A stretch of 64,000 nucleotides of DNA from Desulfomicrobium sp. (GCA_040768745.1 JAXGMI010000001.1:1568001-1632000), one strand, 5' to 3'; shown: positions 9,282 through 19,586, numbered from the stretch's first letter. Translations and numbers: made by a program. Notes: generated by a model from the letters alone, not told the origin.

Positions 9282-9785
9282 ATGGCCGTCACGAAGGGAT
9301 TGCCGCGCGTCGTCCGTAAGCTTTGTCTGTGGTGCCAGGGACAGAGTTGGAGATTGGTCAAGGAATGCCCTCAATCGGGTTGTCCTCTGCATACCTGTCG
9401 GTTGGGAGGGGATGGCGACGGGCAGTTGCTGGGTTGTTTGCAGGCCTTTTGTCTGGACTGCGCCGGAAGCCAGGAGGCGGTGGAGGCCTGTACGGCCGAT
9501 CTGCCTATGGGAGGCCAATGTCCCTGTCCTGCACACCCTTTCAGGAGCCTTTTTTTTCAGACCGCAGAAGCCCAGGCGGTCATCCAGCAGGTCAGAAAGC
9601 TGCCTGGTCTCGGAATTCCAGCAGAATCCAAAGAGACCGAGGCCGGTGGTGTGTGTCAGAGGGAAGGCCGAGAAGGAGCATCCGGGCCGGGGCTTCCAGA
9701 GGTCTCGCTGCACTCGGAAGGGGTCTGCCTGCGCGTGGGTTCAACCGTCAATGCGTGCCGGGCACCCGAAGCCCTTGATATCTGA
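9282..9785 (+). CDS. Cys-rich hypothetical protein with two CxxC…CPxH repeats (putative metal binding)
   Basis: CLWCQG…CPLH and CLDCAG…CPAHPF. Confidence 0.6.
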   Translation: MAVTKGLPRVVRKLCLWCQGQSWRLVKECPQSGCPLHTCRLGGDGDGQLLGCLQAFCLDCAGSQEAVEACTADLPMGGQCPCPAHPFRSLFFQTAEAQAVIQQVRKLPGLGIPAESKETEAGGVCQREGREGASGPGLPEVSLHSEGVCLRVGSTVNACRAPEALDI

Positions 9786-9859
9786 GTTGAAAAAGATAGA
9801 TTCGACCTGCTCCGGCTGACTTCCCGAGCAGGAGAGAGCTGCGAGACCGGGTTGAACAA

Positions 9860-10050
9860 TTACAAAGCGCGGAGCAACTCTGCGCCTTTCAGGACCAGGG
9901 AATGAACAGTTTGGACCATGGCGAGAATGATGTCCCAGTAATGGTTGGCCAGGAAGAGCAGGGAAAGAACGGTGAGAAAAAAAGGACGGACCAGACCCAG
10001 TGAATGATGGTTTCGAGAATGCGCAACAGCAGTCGTGGCTTGGGAGTCAT
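9860..10050 (-). CDS. Small membrane protein (probable frameshift in a T-run near 9980)
   Basis: GAGGA RBS before ATG MTPKPRLLLRILETIIHWVWSVL; adding one T continues as FFLTVLSLLFLANHYWDIILAMV…AL*. Confidence 0.45.
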
Positions 10051-10079
10051 GGATGTCCTCGTTGTGGTTGGATGCAGCG

Positions 10080-10295
10080 TCAGCGTTTTTTATGTCGAGA
10101 GGTTTCCCCCCGGCGAAGAGGGTCTGACCAGATATTCCTGACCATCCAGAAGACAGCGTAGCCTGCCGCTGCGAGCAGAAAGAAGCGTGGGAAAAAGATG
10201 CACACCAGAATCCCTGCCGTCAGGAACAAGGGAGGAATCTCCAGAGATTTGAGCAAGCTATGGGCCTGTCGGAAAATATTTTTGAATTGATCCAT
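10080..10295 (-). CDS. Small membrane protein
   Basis: 71-aa ORF with hydrophobic core and basic tail. Confidence 0.6.
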   Translation of the reverse strand: MDQFKNIFRQAHSLLKSLEIPPLFLTAGILVCIFFPRFFLLAAAGYAVFWMVRNIWSDPLRRGETSRHKKR

Positions 10296-10413
10296 TGCCC
10301 TGCACCAAGTTGAATATAAATCGTATTATGCGCAATCCCACTGAAAGTAAACGCGAAAACTTATTTCAGGAGTTTGCTGCCAGACGACTCATCTTCCAGA
10401 ATCAGGAAAATCA

Positions 10414-11808
10414 ATGACGCAAGCGAGTCGCTCCGGGCCAAGTTTCGACCTGTCCAACCTTGAAATGCTTTTTGCTGGTCATGCACCCCGCTTGGCACAC
10501 ATGCGCGATGCATCGTCCTTTGCTGCCGATCTTGCGGCCTGCAGCTTTATGCCCATGGAGCAATCCGAACTCCTGGTCCGTTCGGCCCTGTTGCATGACC
10601 TGGGATACGCACCTTCCCTGCGCCGGTACGGCTTCCACCCCCTGGACGGAGCCTTGTTTCTGGAAAGTCAAGACGAACATCCGTGGGTGATCGAAGGGGT
10701 ACTGCGCCATTCCGGTGCGGACCGCAGGGCTTCGCTTCTGCCCGAAGTTGCCGAGCAGTATGCCATGCGTCCTGTGGCCGTGGGCGCAGCCTGGTTGGTT
10801 CGTGCCGTGACCATGGCGGACTGGCGCGCGGCCGGAATCGGCGGTCGGGTGTCCTTTGGGCAGCGATTGCGGGACATTGTTGACCGCAATCCCGACAACC
10901 CAGGGAAAGTGCGCAGGGCCGAGGCCATGGTCGCCGAGGTGCGGGGATGGTTTCTGGACTGGGTCAAAACCACGAATCGAGCCCGTCCCCTGCCCTGGGT
11001 TTTTTGTGACGTGGATCACACCCTTATCTGTCCGGGTGATCCCCTTTCCGCGGGGAATCGCACTTCCATCAAGGCGTATGTTGCGGCTGGAGGGCGCTTT
11101 TCCCTGGCCTCAGGCAAACATCCCAAAAGCGTTGCATCCCTGTCCCGCGACCTGGGCCTTGAGTCGGCCCAGGTCGCTGCCAACGGCACCTGCGTTTTCA
11201 AAGGGGGTGTGATCACGGTCCTAGCCCATCTTGGAGATGCGGCCATGTCGCTGGTCGCCAGGCTCAAGGCCCTGGGGCTGCCCGTGGCCCTGTACCGAGA
11301 ACAAGGCATTGAGGCCTGCTGCAACTGGGAAGACTGCCTTGACGAGCTTTTTGTGCGCTATGGCGAGATCCGTGCCGAGCGGAAACGGGGGTCAGGGCCG
11401 GTGCTCAAGATTCTGTGCGTGGCCCATAGCGCCGACCAGGAACTGGAGAGAGATCTTCGAAGGCTGGCCGTGTCGCTGGAGGTCGAGGTCTGCCGCAGCG
11501 ACACGCGTTTCATGGAGTTCTTACCTACTGCCGGAACCAAGGGTCATGCCGTGCGCTTTGTGACGCAGCATGAGGATTGGCCTGTTCTGCACACCCTGGC
11601 CCTGGGAGATACTGAAAACGATGCAGCCATGTTTGCCCAGTGCGGGGGCTGCGCCGCAGTGGCCAATGCCACGGGGCAGGCCCTTTTGGGGGCGGATTGG
11701 GTCATCCCGGAATGCGCGGCTGACGGAGTGGGACGGGTGCTCGATGTCGTTCGCCAGGGCGGGGGATGGGGTGGCTTGGCCCTAAGCCTGCAGGTGGAAG
11801 GGCTGTAA
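10414..11808 (+). CDS. HD-domain / Cof-type HAD-IIB phosphatase fusion
   Basis: LLHDLGYAP…FHPLDGA HD domain; DVDHTL, ASGK, KG and GDTEND HAD motifs. Confidence 0.8.
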   Translation: MTQASRSGPSFDLSNLEMLFAGHAPRLAHMRDASSFAADLAACSFMPMEQSELLVRSALLHDLGYAPSLRRYGFHPLDGALFLESQDEHPWVIEGVLRHSGADRRASLLPEVAEQYAMRPVAVGAAWLVRAVTMADWRAAGIGGRVSFGQRLRDIVDRNPDNPGKVRRAEAMVAEVRGWFLDWVKTTNRARPLPWVFCDVDHTLICPGDPLSAGNRTSIKAYVAAGGRFSLASGKHPKSVASLSRDLGLESAQVAANGTCVFKGGVITVLAHLGDAAMSLVARLKALGLPVALYREQGIEACCNWEDCLDELFVRYGEIRAERKRGSGPVLKILCVAHSADQELERDLRRLAVSLEVEVCRSDTRFMEFLPTAGTKGHAVRFVTQHEDWPVLHTLALGDTENDAAMFAQCGGCAAVANATGQALLGADWVIPECAADGVGRVLDVVRQGGGWGGLALSLQVEGL

Positions 11809-11868
11809 CTCCCATCCGGATCATATTCCTCCCAGCACACGACGATCCCATTCCAGACTGCTCTGAAA

Positions 11869-13031
11869 TCAGGTCAGGGACACGAGGGCCTGGCAAAGAA
11901 GATGCGGGTCAATAATGCCTGTGCCGGGCTTGGTCAGCGGGGTTTTGATGACCTGGAGCCCGAGGGCCGACAGGTCGTGTTCAGGATTTTTTGTTCCGGC
12001 ATAGGTTATGGCCGGGTCGATCAGGACGAGGTTGAGCACATCTTCCGGGGTGATACGTTCAGGAGCATCTGCCCGCAGATGTCGGAGAAGTGTGTGGACT
12101 TGACCGGGGAGTGAGAGGCCGGTGCACTCCGGATCAGGCAGGGTGTTGGGGATGAAGACCTTGGGGCACGGTGTCTCACTTACTGCCTGGCCCACGCCAG
12201 CCGGGAGCAGGTTCGCGATCACAGAACTGAAAAAGCTGCCGAACGGGTAGCAAATAAGATCTGCGCTCAGGATGGCAGTGCGGACCTTGTCACCGATGGC
12301 CGGAAGTACCATGCAGTTTTTTTTGTCGTGTCCACCAGGAACAGATCCTCAATCGGCTGTGTGATTGGCGGGACTTCCTTGCCGGTCATAAGATGCTGGC
12401 CCACAAGGTGTGTTCCGTCTTTCAGCACGGCCATGAGCTGCAGGTCTGCGTTGAGGAGGTTGCGGACTTCCCCGCGGACCTGTACCAACTTGGAGTAGAT
12501 GGAAACGATGGGGTCAAGGTGCCTTCCGCTGTTCAGATAGCCGGCGGTGAGGATGAGGTTGCCGACACTGGCTCCGCGCAGATCAAAGTCGGGGCCGGCG
12601 GCATTGTCGAAGATGTGCAGGTGATGCCGGATTATTCTGGCCATGGAGTCGGGTACCCGAGTCATCAGGGGATGGCTGCCGCACGCCAGGGCGATCAATT
12701 CGCATCGCAGCTCTTCAGGGGTTGCAGTTTTGGGCAGACGGTAGGCAACAATTTCGAATATTTCGGGAAATCCGTACAGGGACCGATCCGCCAGGGCCAT
12801 GAGCCGATTGCGCAAGTCGCCGACAGAGGGCATTTTGAAGTAACGCCGCAGCACTGCCGAGCTTCCCCCGGAGTCAAAAGGAGTGACCATGTGGATGGAG
12901 TTGTGCGTGTAGTTGATAAGGGTCTGGCTCGTTTCCCGCAGGGCAGTTCCGCCAGAGAAAAAGAGGATTCGGGGTCCAAGGAAAGGACTGCGCTGGGCTT
13001 TGGCCACGCGGGTCGGATCCGGGACAGTCAT
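11869..13031 (-). CDS. CofD/YvcK-family protein (GAK-system CofD-like; frameshift near 12320)
   Basis: FFSGGTAL, TPFDSGGSS, GDLRNRL, ADLICYPFGSFFSSVIANLL. Confidence 0.85.
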
Positions 13032-13213
13032 TTCCCTGGTCAGGGGGAGGATTTTCTGGTCACGGGCTTTCCATCAGGGTGAGACACCTCCTCGCGAGCA
13101 TCTTTTGATTGCAATCGACAGCGGCGCGGCCGGCATCATATCAAACCCTTGCGACAATCAAGACAAACGCACAGAGTTCACGGTTCAATCCATGCAAACA
13201 GCTCCCATTCTTC

Positions 13214-13801
13214 TTATTGATGAGGTAGGGAAGGGTCGTCAAGCTCATCCTGCTCATGTGTGGCTGCGTTGCGGATTGTGGTTACAATTCGGTGCAGCTG
13301 ATCCGCGGAGATCAGGCGTTGGGAATGAAGCCAATGGAATTTCTGTATTTCTTCTTCAGGGTCGTTGGCAAAGTTGATCCTGCCGTACCAATCCATAAGC
13401 TGTTTTTTGCGACGCTCCCTGATTTCATGTATGACGACTTCAAACTGTCTGTCATGGAGCAGCGCGATTTCTCCAGCGTCGGAATCGAGATAGGTTATGG
13501 AGGTTTTGGCCAGGGCATGCAGGACAAGGCAAACGGGGCCGGGCAGGAGAAAGATGAGGCCAAACAGGTCTGCGTGGCTCAAGGCGTAAAGACAGTGCGC
13601 CACTCCCCAAAAAAGAAGCACAATGCCACCGTGAAAGAGGGCGCTGTTTCTTTCCACCGATACCCGAGGATCCATGCCAATGGATCCATAGGGGACTTCA
13701 AGCGAGTGCATCCCGTAGGCATCGGAGCGGCTGTATTTGAGGGTGTCCAGCTCGAATTCGAAGCAGACAACGTTGGTGAAACGTCGTTGGGTGATGTGCA
13801 T
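13214..13801 (-). CDS. Hypothetical membrane protein (two TM segments)
   Basis: 195-aa ORF with AGGA RBS and a hydrophobic hairpin. Confidence 0.7.
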   Translation of the reverse strand: MHITQRRFTNVVCFEFELDTLKYSRSDAYGMHSLEVPYGSIGMDPRVSVERNSALFHGGIVLLFWGVAHCLYALSHADLFGLIFLLPGPVCLVLHALAKTSITYLDSDAGEIALLHDRQFEVVIHEIRERRKKQLMDWYGRINFANDPEEEIQKFHWLHSQRLISADQLHRIVTTIRNAATHEQDELDDPSLPHQ

Positions 13802-13964
13802 GCGGTCAGTCCTGTTCGACGCCTGTGGATGCAGTGAGGTAGGGGGAAAAATCGTTGTTCCTCAAGGTGAGAGCCTCCCTCAATGCCAAGGGCCGGCAAG
13901 GGGGAGTCATGCTCTGTGCGAGGCCAAAGAAGAAAGCCACCCACAAGGGCGGCTTGTCGCATCC

Positions 13965-14040
13965 TGGTGCCGGGGGACAGAATTGAACTGCCGACACGGG
14001 GATTTTCAGTCCCCTGCTCTACCGACTGAGCTACCCCGGC
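13965..14040 (-). tRNA. tRNA-Phe(GAA)
   Basis: 76-nt cloverleaf GCCGGGG…CACCA, anticodon GAA. Confidence 0.97.
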
Positions 14041-14179
14041 TTGAAGAAAGCAATCCCTAGGAAAAGGGGTGGATTTGGCAAGGGAAATCTGATCTGCACA
14101 CTTGCAGCATTGCCATGGATTGATGCGGCACGTCAGATAGGCAGAACAATAAAGGCCCGAAACTGGGCCTTGGGTATCC

Positions 14180-14255
14180 TGGTGCCGGGGGACAGAATTG
14201 AACTGCCGACACGGGGATTTTCAGTCCCCTGCTCTACCGACTGAGCTACCCCGGC
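14180..14255 (-). tRNA. tRNA-Phe(GAA), second identical copy
   Basis: Identical to 13965-14040. Confidence 0.97.
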
Positions 14256-14343
14256 AACGTGGGGTGAAATGGGCTTTTAAGGAAAGGTCAGAGGCTTGGC
14301 AAGGAGAAATTTCGATCCTGCCTCTTGAGCTGTGGGCTGAAGC

Positions 14344-15095
14344 CTAGACACAACCTCGCTCGCCGCGAATCGTGCCCTCCTGGCCGTGCCCACCACCAAG
14401 ATACGCCCGCTGAACCTGCGCATTGGAGAGAAGATTGGCCGCGGTGTCCGCGAGGACGATTCTGCCGACCTCCATGACATAGCCGCGGTCGGCCAATTTC
14501 AGGGCCGCCTTGGCATTCTGCTCCACCAGGATGACCGTGACCCCGGTTTTGTTGATTTCCTTCACAGTCTCGAAGATGGATTTGACCAGAATAGGGGCCA
14601 GACCCAGACTCGGCTCGTCCAGGAGCAGAATCGTGGGATTGGCCATGAGGGCCCGACCGATGGCCAGCATTTGCTGCTCCCCCCGCTGAGGGTGCCGGCC
14701 AGCTGCTTGCGCCGCTCTTCAAGGCGGGGAAAGAGTTCGTAGATCCACCGTCTGCTCTTCACTATGCGATCCGTGTTGGAGGATGTGAACGCGCCGAGCA
14801 TCAGGTTCTCCTCCACGGTCAGAGTGGAAAAGACTCGGCGGCCCTCGGGGCTCTGGGTGATTTTGAGTTTCACGATCTCATGAGCCGGGAGCTTGTGCAG
14901 TGGAATATCTTGGAAAAGAATTTTCCCGCCGGTGATGTGTACCAGGCCGCTGATGGCATTCAGGGTGGTTGATTTCCCTGCACCGTTGGCGCCAAGGATG
15001 GTTACGATTTCGCCTTCGCGTACTTCCAGATTGATGCCGTGCAGGGCTTCGACGTTGCCGTAGTTGACGTGCAGATTTTCAATGGCAAGCAGCAT
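14344..15095 (-). CDS. livF: Branched-chain amino acid ABC ATPase (frameshift in a G-run near 14682)
   Basis: GANGAGKST, LSGG(EQQM), LLLDEPSLGLAP. Confidence 0.9.
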
Positions 15096-15106
15096 TGCAG
15101 ATCCTG

Positions 15107-15871
15107 TTAATTGGAATCAGAACCGAGATATGCTTCGATGACCCGGGGATTGGCCTGAATCTCGGCCGGCGTTCCTTCGGCTATTTTCGCCCCGTGTTCG
15201 AGCACCACCAGGGAAGAGCAGACACGCATGACCAAGCTCATGTCGTGTTCGATGAGGAGCACGGTGATGCCACGATGCTGGATCCCCCGGATGAGTTGGA
15301 TCAGGTCCTGAGTCTCCTGGTCGTTCATTCCGCCTGCCGGCTCATCCAGGACGATAAGCTTGGGCTTGGTGGCCAGGGCGCGTGCGATTTCGAGCAGCCG
15401 CTGGTTGCCGTAGGAAAGATTTTTGGCCTTGTTCCGCCATTCATGAGCCAGCCCAACGAACTCAAGTTCGGCATTGGCTTGACGCAGAGCCTCCTCTTCC
15501 TCCCGGCGCTGGGCCGGTGTGCGGAGCATGGCGGCCAGGGCCCCGGAGCGCATCCGGCAATGACATCCAGCGAGTACGTTTTCCAGCACGCTCATGTTCT
15601 GAAAGAGGCGGATGGTCTGGAATGTGCGCGCGATACCCTGCTCGACGATAGCATGGGTCGGCATCCCGCCCAGGCTTTTGTTGTCAAAGAGAATCGTCCC
15701 TGTGTTGGGTTCGTAGTTGCCGGTGATGAGGTTGAAGACCGTGGTCTTTCCCGCTCCGTTGGGGCCTATGAGGCCCACGATGGACCCTTCTTCCACTTCG
15801 AAGGAAACTTCGTTGACGGCCATGAGACCGCCGAAGCTTTTACTCAGATTGTCCACTGCCAGGAGGTTCAA
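15107..15871 (-). CDS. livG: Branched-chain amino acid ABC ATPase
   Basis: GPNGAGKTT, RTFQ, LSYG, LDEPAGG; TTG start. Confidence 0.92.
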   Translation of the reverse strand: MNLLAVDNLSKSFGGLMAVNEVSFEVEEGSIVGLIGPNGAGKTTVFNLITGNYEPNTGTILFDNKSLGGMPTHAIVEQGIARTFQTIRLFQNMSVLENVLAGCHCRMRSGALAAMLRTPAQRREEEEALRQANAELEFVGLAHEWRNKAKNLSYGNQRLLEIARALATKPKLIVLDEPAGGMNDQETQDLIQLIRGIQHRGITVLLIEHDMSLVMRVCSSLVVLEHGAKIAEGTPAEIQANPRVIEAYLGSDSN

Positions 15872-16823
15872 TTGGCACCTCCTGAGGACAGTCGTGCGGG
15901 GATGCGGTAATTTTTTGGGCTTGGCGGAAGGAGTCCCTGATTGCGGAAGATCATCATCAGCACCATGGCGGCACCGAAAACGAGCATGCGGTATTCGGCG
16001 AATCCGCGGAACAGCTCCGGCAGGCCCACCAGGAGGAACGCTCCGAGAATGACTCCGGGAATACTGCCCGAACCGCCGAGGATGACGATGGTGAAAAGGA
16101 TGACCGATTCCGCAAAGGAGAAGGATTCCGGGGCGATGATGGTCATCTTGGATGCATAGATAGTTCCGCACATGCCCGCCCAAACCGCGCCGATGACGAA
16201 AGCTACCAGTTTGTGGTGTGCGACGTTGATACCGCTGCCTCCGGCAGCCACCTCGTCCTCTTTGATGAACAGGAGGGCCCGTCCAAAGCGGGAATGTTCA
16301 AGCCGCATCAGCAGGAAGATCGTCAGGGCGGCAAATCCCCAGATCAGGTAAAAGAACTGGTCGGGCTTGGCGATCTTGAATCCGAACACAGAGGGTCGGC
16401 TGATGCCGAAAATACCGTTGGCTCCACCGGTGATGTCAAAAACGTTGTTGATCAGGGCGATGCGTACGATTTCGACGATGCCGATGGTCACGATGAGAAG
16501 ATAGTCGCCACGAAGGTGGATGATGGGCCGGGCCACGATGAGTGCAAATGTCCCGGCCAGCAGGCCGGACAGAGGCATCAGCCAAAGGATGGGGACGCCA
16601 TATGCGGTGTTCAGGATGGCGGCAGTGTACGCCCCGACAGCGTAAAAGGCGGCATGGCCCATGTGAAAAGACCGGCGTGGCCGAGGATGACGTTCAGGCT
16701 CAGTGCGAGGATGGTGTAAAGACCCACGTTGTTGAACACGTCCGTCCAGTAGGCATTGAGAAAGAGGGGACAGACCGCCATGACCCCGGCAAATGCGCCG
16801 TACATGAGAAAATTTTTATTCAT
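15868..16823 (-). CDS. livM: Branched-chain amino acid ABC permease (frameshift near 16664)
   Basis: LALSLNVILG…GHAAFY, LRGDYL, VILGG. Confidence 0.88.
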
Positions 16824-17726
16824 ACCTTTTTCCGCCACCCTTTCGCCCAGCAGGCCTGTGGGCCGGACAATGAGGATCAGGATCAGGACACAAAATGCTA
16901 TGGCGTCCTTCCATGCGATGGAGATGTAGGCAGCGCCGAGGGCTTCGATGACACCCAGAAGTAACCCGCCCACCATGGCCCCGGGAATATTGCCGATTCC
17001 ACCGAGGATTGCGGCGGTAAAGGCCTTGAGGCCGTAAATCCAACCCATGCTGAAGTTGATCTGACCGTAGTAGAGACCGACCATGAGGCCGGCTGCGCCG
17101 CCGAGGGCCGGACCAATGCAGAAGACCAGCATGATGACCCGGTCTACGTTGATGCCCATCAGCCTGGCCGCACCCTGATCAATGGCTGCGGCCCGAATGG
17201 CCGTGCCGATTTTGGTTTTCTGGATGAAGAAGTACAGTGCGGCCATGAGGGTCAGAGAGGTCAGGAACATGATGATCCGGATGACGGGTATGTCCAGGCC
17301 AAAAAGAGTGACGGCGGCCTTGGGCAGGATGTCGTGCGGGTAGACCAGGAATTTAGGACTGTAGACAGCCATGATCGCGTTCTGAAAGAAGATGGAGGCT
17401 CCCAAAGCCGAAACCACGGCGGAGAGCCGCGGCGAGTTGCGGAGTGGTTTATAGGCCACCCGCTCCAGCAACGCCCCGATGATTGCCACGAGGATCATGA
17501 CCATGGTGGCCAGCAGGAGCACTGCTCCCAGTGCCCCGATCTTGTCCGACAGGCCGAAGGAGACCAACAGGGTGAGGCCGAGATAGGCCCCGATGGTGAA
17601 AAGGTCACCATGGGCGAAGTTGATGAGTTTCATGACCCCGTAGACCATGGTGTAGCCCAGGGCGATCAGGGCGTAGATGCCGCCGACAGCCAAACCGTTG
17701 GTCAGCTGTTGAAAAAATTCTTCCAT
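16820..17726 (-). CDS. livH: Branched-chain amino acid ABC permease (an extra A near 16828 removes the stop)
   Basis: NGLAVGGIYALIALGYTMVYG, INFAHG, GGIGNIPG, RPTGLLG. Confidence 0.92.
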
Positions 17727-17759
17727 ACGTGTGTCACTGAGGCAATGTGTTGCAAGAAA

Positions 17760-17789
17760 GAGGCTCCTTTGGAGCGCAAAGGAGCCTCT
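17760..17789. terminator. Hairpin between livK and livH
   Basis: AGAGGCTCCTTTG-GAGCG-CAAAGGAGCCTCT with a short U-tract on the minus strand. Confidence 0.6.
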
Positions 17790-17806
17790 GGCTTAGTGTT
17801 ACGGGA

Positions 17807-18937
17807 TCAGGGCTGCAGGACAAAGGCGCCAGCAGGGTCAACCTTGTACACACGGTACAGGTCACCCACGCGGTCGCCCTTTTGGTTGAAAGAGATCTTG
17901 CCGGTCAGGCCGGAAAAATCCTTCAGTTGGGTCCGCAGATAGGCGGCAAGTTTTTCACCGGAGGTTTCCTTGGTCTTGGCGATGGCTTCGGCGATGACGC
18001 GATAGGCGTCACCAGCCAGCACTGCCCAGACAGAGCCGGGCGCATTGCCATGGGCTGCTTTGTACGAGGTCATGAATGCCTTGGCTTCTGCAGTGTCCAG
18101 ATCGGCAGGTACTGGGGGGCTGAGGAACATGTACCCTGCGGCGGCTTGGTTGCCGGCAATTTTGACCAAGTCGGGATTGTTGGTGGCGTCCCCACCCATC
18201 ATGGGCACATTCCAGCCCATGTCCATTTTTTGGCGCAGCAACATGCCGGCTTCGGGATAGTATCCAGTGAAGAAGATGACTTCAGGGGCCGCGGATTTCA
18301 TTTTGGTCAGGATGGCGTTGTAATCACGTTCTCCCGGGGTCAGCGCATCATAGAAGGCGATGGTCTTGCCGCTTTTTTCGAGCAAGGCCTTGGCTTCGTC
18401 AGCAAGGCCTTTGGCATAGGATGTATTGTCGTGCAGGATGGCGATCTTCTTGAAACCAAGGGCGTCCAGGGTCTTGGCAGCGACCATGCCCTGCTCGTCG
18501 TCGCGGGGACAGGTGCGGAAAAAGAGGGGCAGACCCTTCTCGGACAGGCGGATGGCGGTGGAGCCTGTGGCAACCTGCAGGATGCCTGATTCGGCATAGA
18601 TATTCTGAGAGGCTTCCGTCACAGAGGATCCATAGGTGCCGATGACAGCGGAAATGCCTTTGGTGGTCAGGCGGGTGGCGGCCAGGGCGGCTTGGCGTGG
18701 ATCACCACCATCATCTTCGATGACCAGTTCGACTTGGGCTCCCCCAATGCCTCCGGCCTTGTTGGTCTCGGCCGCGAGCAGTTCGACGATTTGTTTCATG
18801 TCCTGTCCTTCGCTGGCCCAGGAGCCGGTCAGGGGGCACATGAGGCCGATGCGGATGGATTTGGCCCAAGAAGTCCCAATGGCCAAGAAGACCATGAGCA
18901 TGGTTAGACATCCAAGCGTGTACATTTTCCTCGTCAT
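17807..18937 (-). CDS. livK: Branched-chain amino acid ABC substrate-binding protein
   Basis: Signal peptide, PLTG, DNTSYAKGLA, FSGLTGKISF. Confidence 0.9.
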   Translation of the reverse strand: MTRKMYTLGCLTMLMVFLAIGTSWAKSIRIGLMCPLTGSWASEGQDMKQIVELLAAETNKAGGIGGAQVELVIEDDGGDPRQAALAATRLTTKGISAVIGTYGSSVTEASQNIYAESGILQVATGSTAIRLSEKGLPLFFRTCPRDDEQGMVAAKTLDALGFKKIAILHDNTSYAKGLADEAKALLEKSGKTIAFYDALTPGERDYNAILTKMKSAAPEVIFFTGYYPEAGMLLRQKMDMGWNVPMMGGDATNNPDLVKIAGNQAAAGYMFLSPPVPADLDTAEAKAFMTSYKAAHGNAPGSVWAVLAGDAYRVIAEAIAKTKETSGEKLAAYLRTQLKDFSGLTGKISFNQKGDRVGDLYRVYKVDPAGAFVLQP

Positions 18938-19361
18938 GAAAAAGCCTCCTTCAGGTTGCAATGCCTACGGGTTTGCCAACTGCGAATCCGTTATTGGTGA
19001 AACAGGAAAACCGGGGAGATCCAGGAATACTCTTTTGGGGGTTCATCAGTATCCAGAAGAGCTTACTGCCGCAAAGTCGCTATGAAATCAATTTTTTCAA
19101 TGCGTATAAAATTAGCTGGTCAGCAGGCTGTATAAGGGTTTGCTGGATGACTGGGAGATTTAGATGAGAACCATGGCTGTGACCTGCCGCGACAGGGCGC
19201 GTTTGACCGAAGCTGGCCTTCAAACATCTGGGCGCGGCAGGTGGGGAGCATGAAGGGAAAACAGCTCGATGACACGATGCACTTGTATGTATAAACTTTC
19301 GACGTGATGCCCCTCACATGGTCACGCTGGAGATTCCGGGACACGTCATCTGCAAACAGGA

Positions 19362-19392
19362 CAAGGCTTACCGGAATTTACAGGTAAGCCTT
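19362..19392 (-). terminator. Original tRNA-Arg terminator displaced with the att duplicate
   Basis: AAGGCTTACC…GGTAAGCCTT hairpin just 3' of the duplicated tRNA end. Confidence 0.6.
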
Positions 19393-19401
19393 TGATATTA
19401 A

Positions 19402-19448
19402 TGGCCCGCCCTGCATGATTCGAACATGCGACCAACGGATTCGAAGTC
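19402..19448 (-). repeat. att site: duplicated 3' 47 nt of tRNA-Arg(TCG)
   Basis: 45/47 identity to 28601-28647. Confidence 0.95.
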
Positions 19449-19565
19449 GGAATTTAGGGCTTCACGGACTTTCATTAAAAAACACAGATTGATTGACAGT
19501 TCAAGGTGTTGGGCATAGTTTGGCTTCACAGTCAATCACGCAAAATGCCCTGCCTTCATCTTTTT

Positions 19566-19586
19566 TTGGGGGACAGGTGGGGGACA
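19566..19586 (+). repeat. Putative integrase arm-type site TTGGGGGACAGGTGGGGGACA
   Basis: Identical 21-mer at 28512-28532 at the other island end. Confidence 0.75.

Noticed and set aside
13965..14255. att-site pair of a mobile element at tRNA-Phe
   Set aside because: Both copies are full length, only 139 bp separate them, and no integrase is adjacent.
16611..17726. LivH-LivM fusion protein
   Set aside because: Removing one A from the run near 16828 restores the AEKV* stop overlapping the livM ATG.
18950..19000. c-di-GMP-I riboswitch or sigma54 promoter upstream of livK (GGCAAACCC on minus strand)
   Set aside because: No GNRA loop or second stem, and the GG-N10-GC spacing is not met.
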